DNA of 64,000 nt from Daphnia carinata (Eukaryota), in NCBI RefSeq assembly GCF_022539665.2, contig NC_081333.1, positions 12,338,001 to 12,402,000 of the forward strand, given 5' to 3'. Position numbers and translations under genes: made by a program. Positions 52,141-64,000 of this stretch are shown here, in pieces. Numbering within the stretch: position 1 is the stretch's first letter; each line of letters starts with the position of its first letter. The notes under the pieces were generated by a model. That model ran no database searches, was not told the origin of the DNA, and saw only the letters and a program-made list of their open reading frames with translations.

Positions 52141-55100
52141 TCAGCGGCGTTCGCTTTGCATGGTTTCGTAAATGATGTTGCCCTGCGCCAGCATACATCT
52201 TCGTGCCTTTTCCTGACATTGGATGTAATCACGATAAGGCGCGCACAGAATATCGTCCAACTTGGCCATCGTCTGCAGGCAGCATTCCAACGCGCCGGCG
52301 AAATTCCCTTGCTCCAAGAGCTCGCTTCCGCGAACGAACGACCCTTCCGTATCTTGCAGATTTTGCAGACTCTGAAAATAATCATTTTTTGTTTTCATTA
52401 AACAGAATTAAAAAAAAAAAAAGCGGAAATTAAGGGCATCGAGTGATTGGTTGAACCGTGCCGCCGAGACCTTGGACTTGCCGAACGTTTTTCACGATTT
52501 CATATTTTCGATGAAATTGAAAGAGGAAACCCAAATCGATAACGAGGCGAAAATTGAACAACCGAGTTTAGCATTTTTTCGTCTTTTATCTATTGAAGTC
52601 TTCGTTCCCTCTTGTCACTGGGTGCAGCCGTGACGCAGCAAGTGCCATTTTCTACTCGCTTTTCAAAGGAATAAATCCTGAATAACGAAACTTTGACAGC
52701 TGGTTTTGACGCAAGTGATGAGGACTGCGCGTGATGAAAGCGATCCATTCACGCCATTGCAGCGTTCATGTAAGACGCATACTTTTTTTTTTTTTTTTTT
52801 TTTTAAAGTTTGCCTTAAAAAGCGTAACGATCCATTTCCCAGTTTTTCGCCAAATTGTTTTCAAACATTTCGCAATTAACCGGACAATTTATCAGATCTC
52901 TTTAAATGGTCAAAACGAATTATTTCTCTACATGTAGGAAAATGGCCATCATGTTTTTGAAAAAAAAAAACATTCAGGAAATTTGCAGCCCAACCTGCAC
53001 CTTCAGGTAAAGCCTAAAGCTGTCCAGCAAGTTCAATTTGCTTGTGGTTGTTATTGCTTAGTTTGCACACGATTTGTCTTGTTTTCTTTTAATTTTTTCC
53101 ATCTGATTTCAAGGTTCGTCGTTGTTTCTACCGGGCCGGTTTCTTGCCGACAAGGCCACATTATATACTCGGGCTGGGCCACCTGGAAGCCTGGGTGTGC
53201 ATACGGACGCGATGGGACGCGCATGTTTTTTTGGTTTTTTTTTTTTGGCTTACCTTGAGAATATTGTTGCTCTTCTTGCACGAAGGACACGCGATGAACG
53301 GCGTCATAGTGTCAGCGGCAACGACCAGCGGCTTTCGGCAGGCAGGATCGCGGCAGCGGAAACGAAGAGAGTCGTCCGTCATCTCGCCGATCAACGGCCA
53401 ATTTTCCGCACAAGGTAAGCAACGGCAATCGAACCAGTATCGATCTTTGAGCGATCGTTGACGATCGGCGCGACGTTTTTGCGTGAAAATGGGGCCGTAA
53501 TTTTCGTTAACCATCTCGCCGCGTTGGAAACTCTTAATGGCTCTTTTTAAATCAAAAACCACAACAGTTTTTAAACATTAACGGTTTTAGCTGTAGATCG
53601 ATATCAAAGTATTACCTTACGATCATCACGTCGCCGATAAAGCACCTACGTAAATTATTGTAGAATTCAAAAAGAAGATGAACGAACATTTGAAATGGGA
53701 ATATTTTTAGAAACAAAAAAAAAAAAAAAATAGGAAACGTTTAACGCGAGTTGATGTTTTGTACCTGATTACACCTGGCTCGCAACTATGGTTTAAAAGC
53801 GCTACCTATTATGGTGATGAAAAAAAAAAAAAAAACCCAACAGAAACCGAGCGTTAATAAGTTTGGCTACTGCGCAACACGTTCGCAATTAGTGCGGCGG
53901 GACAATCCAAGAGCTTTCCATTCTCTGCGGAACAATTCTAACAGGTCTAAAGAATAGCGCTCGATTGTGCATGAAGCGTATGGAACAAAATACAAAGCAA
54001 TTGAATTTGATCGGAAGACGTGAACAACAAGTGCTTAGATGCAAACCATTTGCTTCCGGCCATCTGGAAAAAAGTTTACAAGACAAAACAAAATGAACAT
54101 CATTTGCGTATAGACAATACCGTCGGATAAACACCGGCTCCTAAAAAGAAAGTTTTCGCTCCATCCATGCTGCCGGGGCGATCCATCCGCAATTCGGAAA
54201 CTTCGTGTGCGTTAAACTGAAGCAGCTGAAGATGTCTTAGCAACAACGAACCGATCCATTTCTCTTGGTCTGAAAGAGGTTCTACGATTTCGAAGAGAAA
54301 GAAAAAGAGAGGGGAGATCGTTAGCGAATGAAAATGTACCAAGTCTACGCAGTTTTCTTGTTGTGCAACGAATAAAAGGGAGCCGATCTAAGGAGTTTTA
54401 TTCTTCCGGAAGGACGGCCGCCGTGTTTACTTCCTCTTCCAATCAGGGATAGATTTTTAGGATAGTGAGGAGGGGGGCTTCTTGGAAAGGCGATACGCAC
54501 GCGGGACCAAACAAGGAAAAGCTCTTAAGCATCTTTCGCTTCATGGACCACCAACTTCACCACGTATACACAACGAAAAACTGCGCTAGTTTCGCCAACA
54601 GGAAACTAAAATTTTAGTTCCTTAGTTACGGACTTTGTTCTTACCTGGAAAGTTAAACTCGATCGGCTTGATTGCTCCGAAATATCCGCCCATTTTCAAA
54701 CATTTCAGAAGGAAATTGGCCATCAGAGTCACGTGGAAGAAGCTCTCCTTATTGCGCATGTGTTCGTGAGTGACCAATTGGCAGGTCTTGATGTACTTCT
54801 TCGTCTGTTCACTTAGGGCAACGCCCTTCTGTTTTTAGGAAGCATAAAAGAAGGCACTTTCATTCGTGATCGTTTGTAATGACAATGTAGTTTGTATTGC
54901 CTGTAACTCAGGTTTTTCAATAAACGGCCTGACGTCCATGAAGAAGCTGGGCGGATGGATCGCAATCATCCGCAGCGATAAATAGCCTAAGAAAGAAAGA
55001 GAGAAAAATTTTAATTTCTCGTTTAAATGAATCACTGGCTTATGACAAACGCAAAAGCCCCATTTATCATGGAGCTTTAATTACGAAACAGCGATCCGTT

Positions 55101-58100
55101 GCGCAATATTTCATTGGCTCACGCTTGTGCACGAAAATTGTTTAAAATTCAACGTCTAATGTTTTTGTCATTACGGGCACTAGGTACTATTATATCTGTG
55201 TGGCTTGTTTTTACTGTACATGTAATACTGATGCCAGCCGCGTCGATGTAACTGAGAAGAGGGCACTCGATCGCGTGATATGCGGCCATCGCTTCAGAAC
55301 GGCAGGTGACAGAACAGAAATTCACGTTGGTGCAGTTTGGACACGGTAGCAACTCGCCAAGATCCAGCCTGAAATAACGAAATGCCCTTTAAAATTGAAA
55401 CCACCGCGAATGTAAAATTCAATCGATTTTTTTTTTCCTCTTTTGAGTTTGATGAAAAGCATGTTTCCTTTTTTTAATTGATTGCCTAGGCTGACGGCGT
55501 CATCAAAGTGTAAGTGCCAATCACGAGTGAATGGCCAAAAGTGCCCTTTTCACGCGTAATCTTTTTTTCCTAAAAATGCCTGCATACGAAAGAGATCGTG
55601 TGCTCCATCATGTCTGACTTTTTCATGAAATGCGTTTGACTTGAACGTAAGCGCGTACGTTAAAATACGTGAACTGATTCGTCTTTGTCAGTTCGATATC
55701 GCAAGGACTTGTGGGTCGTCAACGGAGATAATGGTGATGATGATTCGCCATGTTATCACGTGCGACATTATTATTACGTTCGTGAATTATGAGCAACAAG
55801 GGAGACACTTACGGTCGGTAGCAGTGATGGCAGTGCGTTGGAAATTTCTCCGGATTCATAACAGAAGCGTAAGGCGGTTCAACAGCGACCACGTCGCCAA
55901 CTCGAATCGGCGCATCAGCGACGCCATACCGTCCCAAAGCGGCGTCCTCGTCAATTCGGATCTTCTTGGAAAATGAAGGATGTTCAATGTTCTTACCAGC
56001 AACGACGTCAGGTAGACGTTTCTCCTCATGATCTGTTCAAGAAATGAATATGTTTTTCACACGTAAACAAATGTGTCAGTCCAACCATTTTTAAATTTAA
56101 ATATCTCAAAAACTACGAACTCCAGGTCAAAATAAAGATTATTTTTGAGATTTTCATTGAATTGCGAATAGAAATCATACATTTTAAACTATATTTAGAC
56201 TTCTGCCAAAAATTAAAAAAAAGTCGGGCTTATTTTGTTGAACTTATTTTGTCGGGCTTATTTTTTAAAATCTCTTGGAATAAGTTAAAAATCATACAAT
56301 TTACTCAATATTTAATGCTGATTCCGAAAAAAAACGATTCGTTTCTTCGCCAAATCAACTGTTTTTGAAATATCCCAACTAAATATGACGTGGGATGCTA
56401 GCGCTGGAACGTGCTAGCGCAACAACTTTGTTTACCCATTTTTTACGTTTAGTTGAAAAGCAGTAAGTGCCACGTTAAAATAAAGTCAATATTAATGATT
56501 CTTGTTCTATGTTGAATCAAATTCATATCTTTTGAACTATATTGAGAATTTAGCAAAAACATTTTAAAGAAGTCGGGCTTATTTTGTTGGGCTTAAGTCG
56601 CGAAAAAAGTCGGGTTTAAAATTTTTACTATCCTTTTGATTTTTAAATGAAACTGGTATTCCAGATAAAATAATTTATAAAATAATCGAAATAAATGTTA
56701 AACCAGAGAAGTGGTGGTCTATAAAAAGTGGGTAAATATTCCTTACAAAAGTATGTTAGCGCAAAAATCCTTTCTTCTGTTTTCCACGTTTTTTTTTTCG
56801 AAAACTATAGACCTGGCGCAAAAATAAACTTGATTTTTGTGATCTTCGGTCAATTTTGAACTGAAGCCGTGTATATTTAACTAAATTTAGAATTTGGCCA
56901 AAAATGCCAAACCTTACCACTTTTGTCAAAATCGGCCAAAAACAACATTTCTTTGAATTCAATTAAAATCACACACTATAATCCAAATTGAACACTAATT
57001 TCGATTCAGGTATGGTTTTTCTTCTTAAACTAGCCGTTTCTAAAATAAAATAAAGTGCAGTTTGAAAACCAAACGTAAAAAACGGGTTAACACATCTGTG
57101 CGCTAGCACGTTCCGTCGTTACGTTGTACATCTCATTTATTAGGTATTTTTCAAAAGCAATTGAGTTTATGAAAAAACCAATCATTTTTTCTGAATAAGC
57201 ATTAAATTCTGGGTATATTGTGTGATTTTTAACGTATTCCAAGAGCTTTCGATTTTTGGCTGATTTTGACAAAAGTGAGAAGGCTATAGCCTTCGCACTT
57301 TTTCATTTTTGGCCAAATTTCAACTTTAGCTTTCAATATACGATTTCGATGCAGAATTAAATGCTAATCACGAAAATCAAGTTTATTTTTTAATTAGTCT
57401 TATAGTTTTTGAATTAAACTTAAAAAACCAAAGAAGTCGGGCTTATTTTGTCGGGCTTAAAATTTCTATTAATTTTCCTATTTAAAAAATAATATCATAA
57501 AATCCACATAACTTTACATCAATAAGGTTCAAAATTTTACATGGAACATGAAAATGAAATTTGTTTTTACGCAGAGTTTATGGTTTTTGATTAATTTAAA
57601 ATATAAAAGTTGGTGCGATGGAAATTTTAAGGCCGACAAAAAAATAAGCCCAACCTTTTTGGTTTTTAAGGTTTAATTCAAAAACTATACGGCTAATCGA
57701 AAAATAAACTCGATTTTCGTGATTAGCATTCAATTGTGCATCAAAATCATATGTTTAAAGCTAAAGTTGAAATTTGGCCTTCTCACTTTTGTCAAAATCA
57801 GCAAAAAAACGAAAGCTCTTGGAATACGTCGAAAGTCACAAAATATACTCAGAATTTAATGCTGATTCAGAAAAAATGATTCGTTTTTTCGTCAAATCAA
57901 CTGCTTTTGAAATATACATTATAAATGAGATGCAGAACATCAGCGGCGGAACGTACTAGCGCACAATTGTGTTAACCCGTTTTTTACATTTATTTTTAAA
58001 ACCACAAGTTTTACGCAAAAATAAATTCAATTTTCGTGATTCTCGTTTAAATTTGAATCGAAATAATGGGTTTAAAAGGATATTTCAATTTTAGCGAAAA

Positions 58101-59648
58101 ATGAAAAAGTGGGAAGGCTATAGCCTTCTCACTTTGGTCAAAATCAGCTAAAAATGCAAACCTCTTAGAATTCGATAAAAATCACGCAGTATACTCAGAA
58201 TTGAATGCTGATTCTAAAAAAAGAGTTAATTTACTCGTAAGCCAAGCCGTTTTTGAAATATACGGTATGAAAATGCTATTAGCGAAACGGCGTTTTCCGA
58301 CCAACACTCCAAGATATGGCATTACATAATAAAGGCCCATAGACCTAAGTGATAATGGATTCTATTACAGCGAGGCTCGTTTGGCACGACAGGCACTCAA
58401 TATTTTCTTGTTGTTGTTGTATATTTTAGTGAACTCCATGGCCTCTCTAATGTATTGCTTATATTCAGCATAACCCGATTTTTTTTGCACGCATTAAATT
58501 TTGGCTGTTGCCAAGGAGATCGGCACACCCTCCATTTGTTTTTGTTTTTTCTTGTTTTTATCTTAGGGTTTCACGCAACGAGGCTGTTCTATTAGTAATT
58601 CCTTGTCTCTAATCAGTGAGTAGACCACTAAGTTGGCCTAAACGCCGTTGTTTACGTGCGCTCGTCAAGTTAGTTGTGATAAAAACTACATCCCTACATG
58701 CAAAACAAATGCGCGATTATTCAAATTTAAATGTAAACGATCTCTGTTATTGTTTGGAATAAAGCTGCTTACCTCTGACTGATTGAATGCTTACAGCCGG
58801 AATTATTTTATTCGGTATCGCAGATTCGGAAATTAATTGTTTCATATCTCGTTCAAACTGTTGGCGTTTGACAAGATCCAAACGTGAATCGCTCACGCAC
58901 TTGACGGCCAACTCGCAAACTGCAGCGATCTCCTCTGTCGGCCTGCCCAGAGCCAGCAAACATTTAGCTTGCCTTTCGACTAGTTTGTAACGTAATTCGT
59001 CTGGGTATCCGTTGGCTAACGCTTGATCAATATCGACAAGCGCTCGAGCGTAAGCATCCAGATGGAATAAGGCGGCCGAACGATTGGCGAACGCCATGGC
59101 TAACTGGGGTTCTTCACTTTCTAGAGAGTAACAAACGGTAAAGGTTATTGCCCTTTGTTTTCCTTTTGTTTTGTTTGTTTTTTAATCAAAGACATCGTTC
59201 ACTACACACAGGGTATCCAATTACAGATGAAATATTGTGTTCATGCCAATCATTAAAAATGTGTTTTTGATATGACTCTTTCCAGTGTATGTAAATTCGT
59301 TTTTTTTTTACCTTTGAAGATGCTGGGCGCTTTGGCGATGGCTTCCGAGTAGAGCTGCACTGCGCGCTTATAATTTTTCTTCTTGAAAAATTCGTTTCCT
59401 TCCGTTCGCTTCTTTTGCGCGTCGGGCGCCGATTTGCCGCTGGGTAGCGACTTGGCCATCGCCAGTGACATTTCTTGCGGTATTTCATGAACGTAGGGTA
59501 GATTGTGAACGAAAATGAATCGTTCCTCGTCATTGCAACAGGCTTTCAAGCCGGCCAAGTCGCCGTTGCGAAGTTTCCTCAGTACGGCCAAATGATAAGT
59601 TTTGAAAAATCCATTTTTCTCTCCGAAATTATCGTCGTCCTCCATCAT
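52141..59648 (-). CDS. Smyd4: SET and MYND domain-containing protein (SMYD4-like; TPR + split SET + MYND zinc finger + post-SET), ~691 aa
   Basis: Exons 59648-59312, 59120-58773, 56032-55813, 55368-55220, 54986-54901, 54828-54645, 54281-54121, 53805-53765, 53645-53616, 53542-53254, 52371-52141 (2076 nt, in frame). TPR: EGNEFFKKKNYKRAVQLYSEAI and AFANRSAALF. SET-N: GRYGVA...VAVEPPY. MYND: CHHC..PCPNC...FCSVTC...HAIEC. Also LQFNAHE, NHSCEP, ENYGP, YWFDCRCLPC. An alternative in-frame ATG lies at 59690. Confidence 0.9.
56080..58300. mobile_element. AT-rich modular, foldback-like non-autonomous repeat element in Smyd4 intron 2
   Basis: ~410-bp inverted arms at 57060-57470 and 57620-58000. Repeated modules: AAGTCGGGCTTATTTTGT at ~56221, 56571, 57434; AATGCTGATTC..AAAAA at ~56314, 57858, 58204. 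No coding capacity. Ends and TSD not resolved. Confidence 0.6.
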
Positions 59649-61070
59649 TTTCTGCCATCGAGAGACGTCAAGAAATGTGTTCTTTATCATAATTGCCTTG
59701 AAAAGGGGGCAGCCTCACGCGTGACTAAATTTTACCGACATCTAACTGCGTGTTACAGCTCAATTGGCGACGGGGAACTTGGTACTCACTGGCTCCGTAA
59801 TGAAATTCTACGCAGTCAATTTTATTTTTTCTTCGCAAACCGGCTTCTGATTACATGCGTTCACTGACGGCGACGTCCCTAATTCACCCTGTGTGTGTAT
59901 AGCTGTACCTTTGCGAACGAAAGCAACCCGCTTCGCTTTTTGTTTCCGATTTAGGACGAGCTGACTGCGTCTTTCGAAAAGGGGAAGGAAATAAAAGATT
60001 TCATTCCCCATTTTCTTCTGGTGCTATTTATAATCCACAAACAATAAGAAACAAGCAAGCGAAAACCCGTTCGCCCGTAATTGATGTTTATTATGCATAT
60101 TCACGACTTCCCTGTTATTGTCGTGCGGCGCAGGAAATGTGGTCTTTTCGTTTTCCCTTCTTCTTGTTGTTGCTGATGTTACATTTATAAAGAATGGGCT
60201 AATTTCTTTGGCGTAAAAGGAAAATCAGTTCAACATCTCAACTCGGAATAGCCTCGTGCACAATCTCAGTTACGAATAACAAATGGAAGCCTTTCCTTGT
60301 AGTATACCTGACGTTCATTTTCTTGAGTTATCGTGTTGCTCCGTAGTGGTTTTTGCACTACAATGGTTGTTGACGTCCCGAGTAACAAGCTCCCGGCAAC
60401 CAGGTAACTTAATGAGATTCGAAAATTGGAGAGAAACTCGTGATATTAATGGGACTTCTTTTTCAAGCTTTTCCGCAACTAGATCAAATTGTCCTCTTCC
60501 ATTGGCTTTATTTTTTTGGCCGGTTTTCCCACTCCAGTCTCGTTGGTCAAAGTTTCTTTGACACACAACCAAACAAGGTATTACGTAACACGTTACTGAA
60601 ACTGTAACAACAAACGAACTGTCTGTGGCTTAATTAGGGGTAGGCATACAGCCAAGTTTAAAGATAAAAAACGTTGAAAATAAACCAATCACGTCAAATC
60701 GACAACAATCACGAAACGCGATTTCATGCAGCACGAATACACGGCTAGGCTTTCGTATCGCACGTCACATTTGGCTCTGAATGTCTTTAAAACTTGGAGT
60801 GGAATTTCGCTTATAAAACAGAGACAGGTGAATGTTTTGAAGTTTCTTAATTAGCAATTATTAACCTGCCATCGCCGTAAGTTCCATTTCTCTACAGCTC
60901 ACAGGTGATTAGACTCTATCGACTAAAACGTCAACAAATGCCATTGTGATTGGTGCTGTGGAATCTCCTCTTGATGATGGAAACGTGCATCGTTAAGTAA
61001 AACTAGTCAACGCGCCTCATTCTTACCTCATCTGCTTTTTAGTTAAATCAAACAACAATTCGTTACTCAC

Positions 61071-61230
61071 AGTTTAAGTCCAACGTTGAACAGCGTTGCT
61101 TCGGCAAGAAATTTCACAATGTGGACCGAGCTGCACGGACTAAAAGTTCCAACTCGATTTGTCAAAATACGTGGAAGAACTAGACACTGGAACACCGTAA
61201 TGTCGAACCGCTTGCGACTCTTCTCCAGCG
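61071..61230 (-). other. Candidate non-coding first exon of Smyd4
   Basis: Consensus donor act|GTGAGT at 61070, and an acceptor (ttgactgcgtag) at ~59808 just upstream of the Smyd4 ATG. The 5' boundary is a guess. Confidence 0.3.
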
Positions 61231-64000
61231 AGAAAGGCAGCAATTTTATCTCATTTTTTTTTTCTCCTCCCTTTCCTGTTCATCAGACCCTTTCAGACGG
61301 ATCTATTTTTGTCTGGAGTGAGCACATTCTCCAATCCGCTTGTCGAGAGAAACAAAAAATATATGCCGAGCCCATAAGGATGTTGACTCTATCGTTTTGC
61401 TTTACCCCCAGGTCCGACGTCTGCTCTTCCTCGTTCTTCCCCACCGCTTTATTCTATTTCAAGATTTGGTTTTATTAAGTGGCTTCGGCTGGTATAGCGC
61501 AGTTCGAGGGCTCATCCGTCTTTTTGCATATGGCGCAAACGAGCACGTTTAATAACCGCATGTTCTCCAAATACGTTGCGCATATTGCAATACAAGTGCT
61601 CCAAGTGAACGAAAGAGATTGATGTAACCCATAATCCGTATTCGCAATATAGCGACATTTCCATGTTAATAGCATTTTCTACGGGAATATCAAATGAAGC
61701 CCAGTGTGCCGTGTGCACAGCGTTGTGACGAACTGACGGCCATGCTTTGTTTCACTACGCCGGGGTACAGTTACGTTGGTCGTTTACGACTGTTGCCAGG
61801 AGAGCTTCTAATCATCATGAGCAGAAAGAAACAAACGCTAGGACGCCATGAGAAAAAGCGATGAGCCTAATATGGATTGTGATAGCTATGAAACTGATTG
61901 ATGCTATAAGCCGACAATACGTAGGTTTATAAGAAAACAGTAGTCGTCCGTGACCACTCAGCTTTTAAGCCAATCACTATAGCGATGCTCTTCCGACGAG
62001 AAGAAAAGAAAGCGAGATCACCTGGTGACATTCAACGACGTAAATCGAAAGAGGCTTGTACTCGCATGTGCCTAAAATGGTTTTCTTCTTTAGAAAAAAA
62101 AAAAAAGAGAAAAGGAAATGAGGAAACAAAGGGATGGACACGGCTGAAATCCAACGTGAGTAGCTAAGTTACGTATTTACGTCCCTTTGTCGTGCCCATC
62201 TTGTGTTATGATATCGTTTTTCTGTTCGTAGAAATTCGATTCGCTTTAGAGTACTGGTTCGTTTACGGTACCTTCGGAAAACGTATTTATTTTTTGAGGT
62301 AATTGACAACTCAACGTCCTGACGATGTCCTTCCGCCAACTGATCGTATTTCGACCGACGAGCTACTTGGTTACGAAACGCGAAATACGGCGAGGTATAA
62401 AAACTGGCCTACTATAAGTGTAAACTAATACAGGCATACAATGTGTACCATTTCCGCTAAGACATTTTCCGTTCTACATTTTAGTTTTTTGTTTACTACG
62501 TTACCATAGCGAGCAAATCAGATTATGATTTTTACGATGGCAACCAGAAAGCGTATTGTGCTTCGCAATCTGAAGTGATGCCTTATAAGGTTAATGACGG
62601 TTTTGTGTTCAACGGGGCAAGCAGAAAAACCGAAACGCACATCCATTTTCTTTCAACACAAATACAGGGTTGGAAAATAAAATCTTTTTATCATCAGTGA
62701 GAGTAATCTGACAACTGTTTTATCGAGCAGTATTCGTACGTCAGCTGATCTATGCTCGGTGGAGTTCGCGACCCCTTCAAACAAATGTCAAGATTCTTCT
62801 GCGGCTGAGAAAAAACGTGCAATTCAATTAAAAAGACGAGTGCATGATTACAAAAGGGTCTGTGCTTCTTGCCGTCGGGACCGTTGCATTGTTACCATGC
62901 AATGTGCATCCAACAACCATCGAGAACAGGTTCCCTCAGCTACAAAAGACCGAACATACGAAACCGACATTCGTCTTTTGTACGACGTTTTAATGCGAAC
63001 GTTCCACATTAGATTACATTTTTTCCTCTGTTTTGACGCACAAAATTGGCTGCTGAATGCAATCGAAATCAAGTCCCAAACCTATTTAAAATGTTCCCCA
63101 TGTCAAAGGCTATTGTTAAGCGCCAATGCACTTGAATAGCGGAAATGGTTTTATGCCGATTTTCTGCTTGTTTCTGTTTCAAACAACCAGCATAAGAATA
63201 CGCTTCATCAGCATCTTTGAATGCTAACAGAAGCCATCGGTTACTATGTGGGGTCTGGAAATATGCAAAACGAAAGAATTTACATTTCGTTTCGCGAATG
63301 GGGATGCCATCGTGACTTATCATCCTCATCACAAATGTTTGCTTTCACGAATTAATTCCAAGATGACGAAGCAACTACACGTTTCGTAAACACGCGACAT
63401 TAAAATCAAGGGAAGGATTCAATTAAAAGAAACAAACAGTTGGGCAATGACAGCGATGCAACTATTCTGGCACTGGTCACGAAGCACTTCTCAATATAGT
63501 ATAGGTTTAATGGACAGATTGCATCATCAAATGCAAGCGCGTGTAGTTACCTTACTTAACTCATGGAGTGTAGGATTGCAAGTACCATCGTTATGGACAT
63601 CTTGCGTAGATAAAGTAATCGAGTCTCGTTTAAATAGATGATGGGTCTATGAACATCATTCACGAGGATCTTAACGAGTACAATCTCTGACTCACTCTCG
63701 CTCTTTTGATCCATTGTCCTTGTATTCAATCAATCCTGACAATATTCGAAGACCACAAGGGAAAAAGAAATCTTCATGAGAAAAGAAAAATATGGGGAAA
63801 AATATTGATTTGGGTGTAACCATTGGCTGCATTCCATGTACGGATGCGATCTGTTTCCAAGACGAATTGGAAAGAGATTGATACATCTTTGTTCTCTTTT
63901 GATGTGGGTACTTGTCCGGCATACGATGGATGAATGATCCCATTCTGCGTTTGGAGAGAAAATAACCTGTAGGTTTGCAAACATAACAGACTATATATAT

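Noticed and set aside
61300..64000. Short ORFs at the right end (e.g. 62759-63139)
   Set aside because: No motifs, no consistent exon chain, and mostly non-ATG starts.

Overview
Eukaryotic (arthropod) genomic DNA. The many short 58-120 nt introns, A/T homopolymers and gene content most resemble a Daphnia-type crustacean (inference). From left to right: (1) a possible heavily decayed ionotropic-receptor relic (1-1700, -); (2) a myosuppressin-receptor-like GPCR with one coding exon (2292-3782, -), followed by about 15 kb with no recognisable CDS; (3) a tandem duplication (~19.1-26.9 kb) of a 4-exon gene that joins an IRE1-like kinase fold to 37-aa ankyrin repeats, where both copies have HRN instead of catalytic HRD and a decayed 3' tail; (4) milton/TRAK (30077-37714, +) with candidate alternative N-termini; (5) an IP3K1-like inositol-trisphosphate 3-kinase (to 51170, +) with three candidate first exons; (6) a convergent SMYD4-like gene (52141-59648, -) with an apparent GC-AG intron, a 30-nt micro-exon and a foldback-like repeat element in intron 2. 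Exon models were built by hand from splice signals and frame continuity. No database searches were run.
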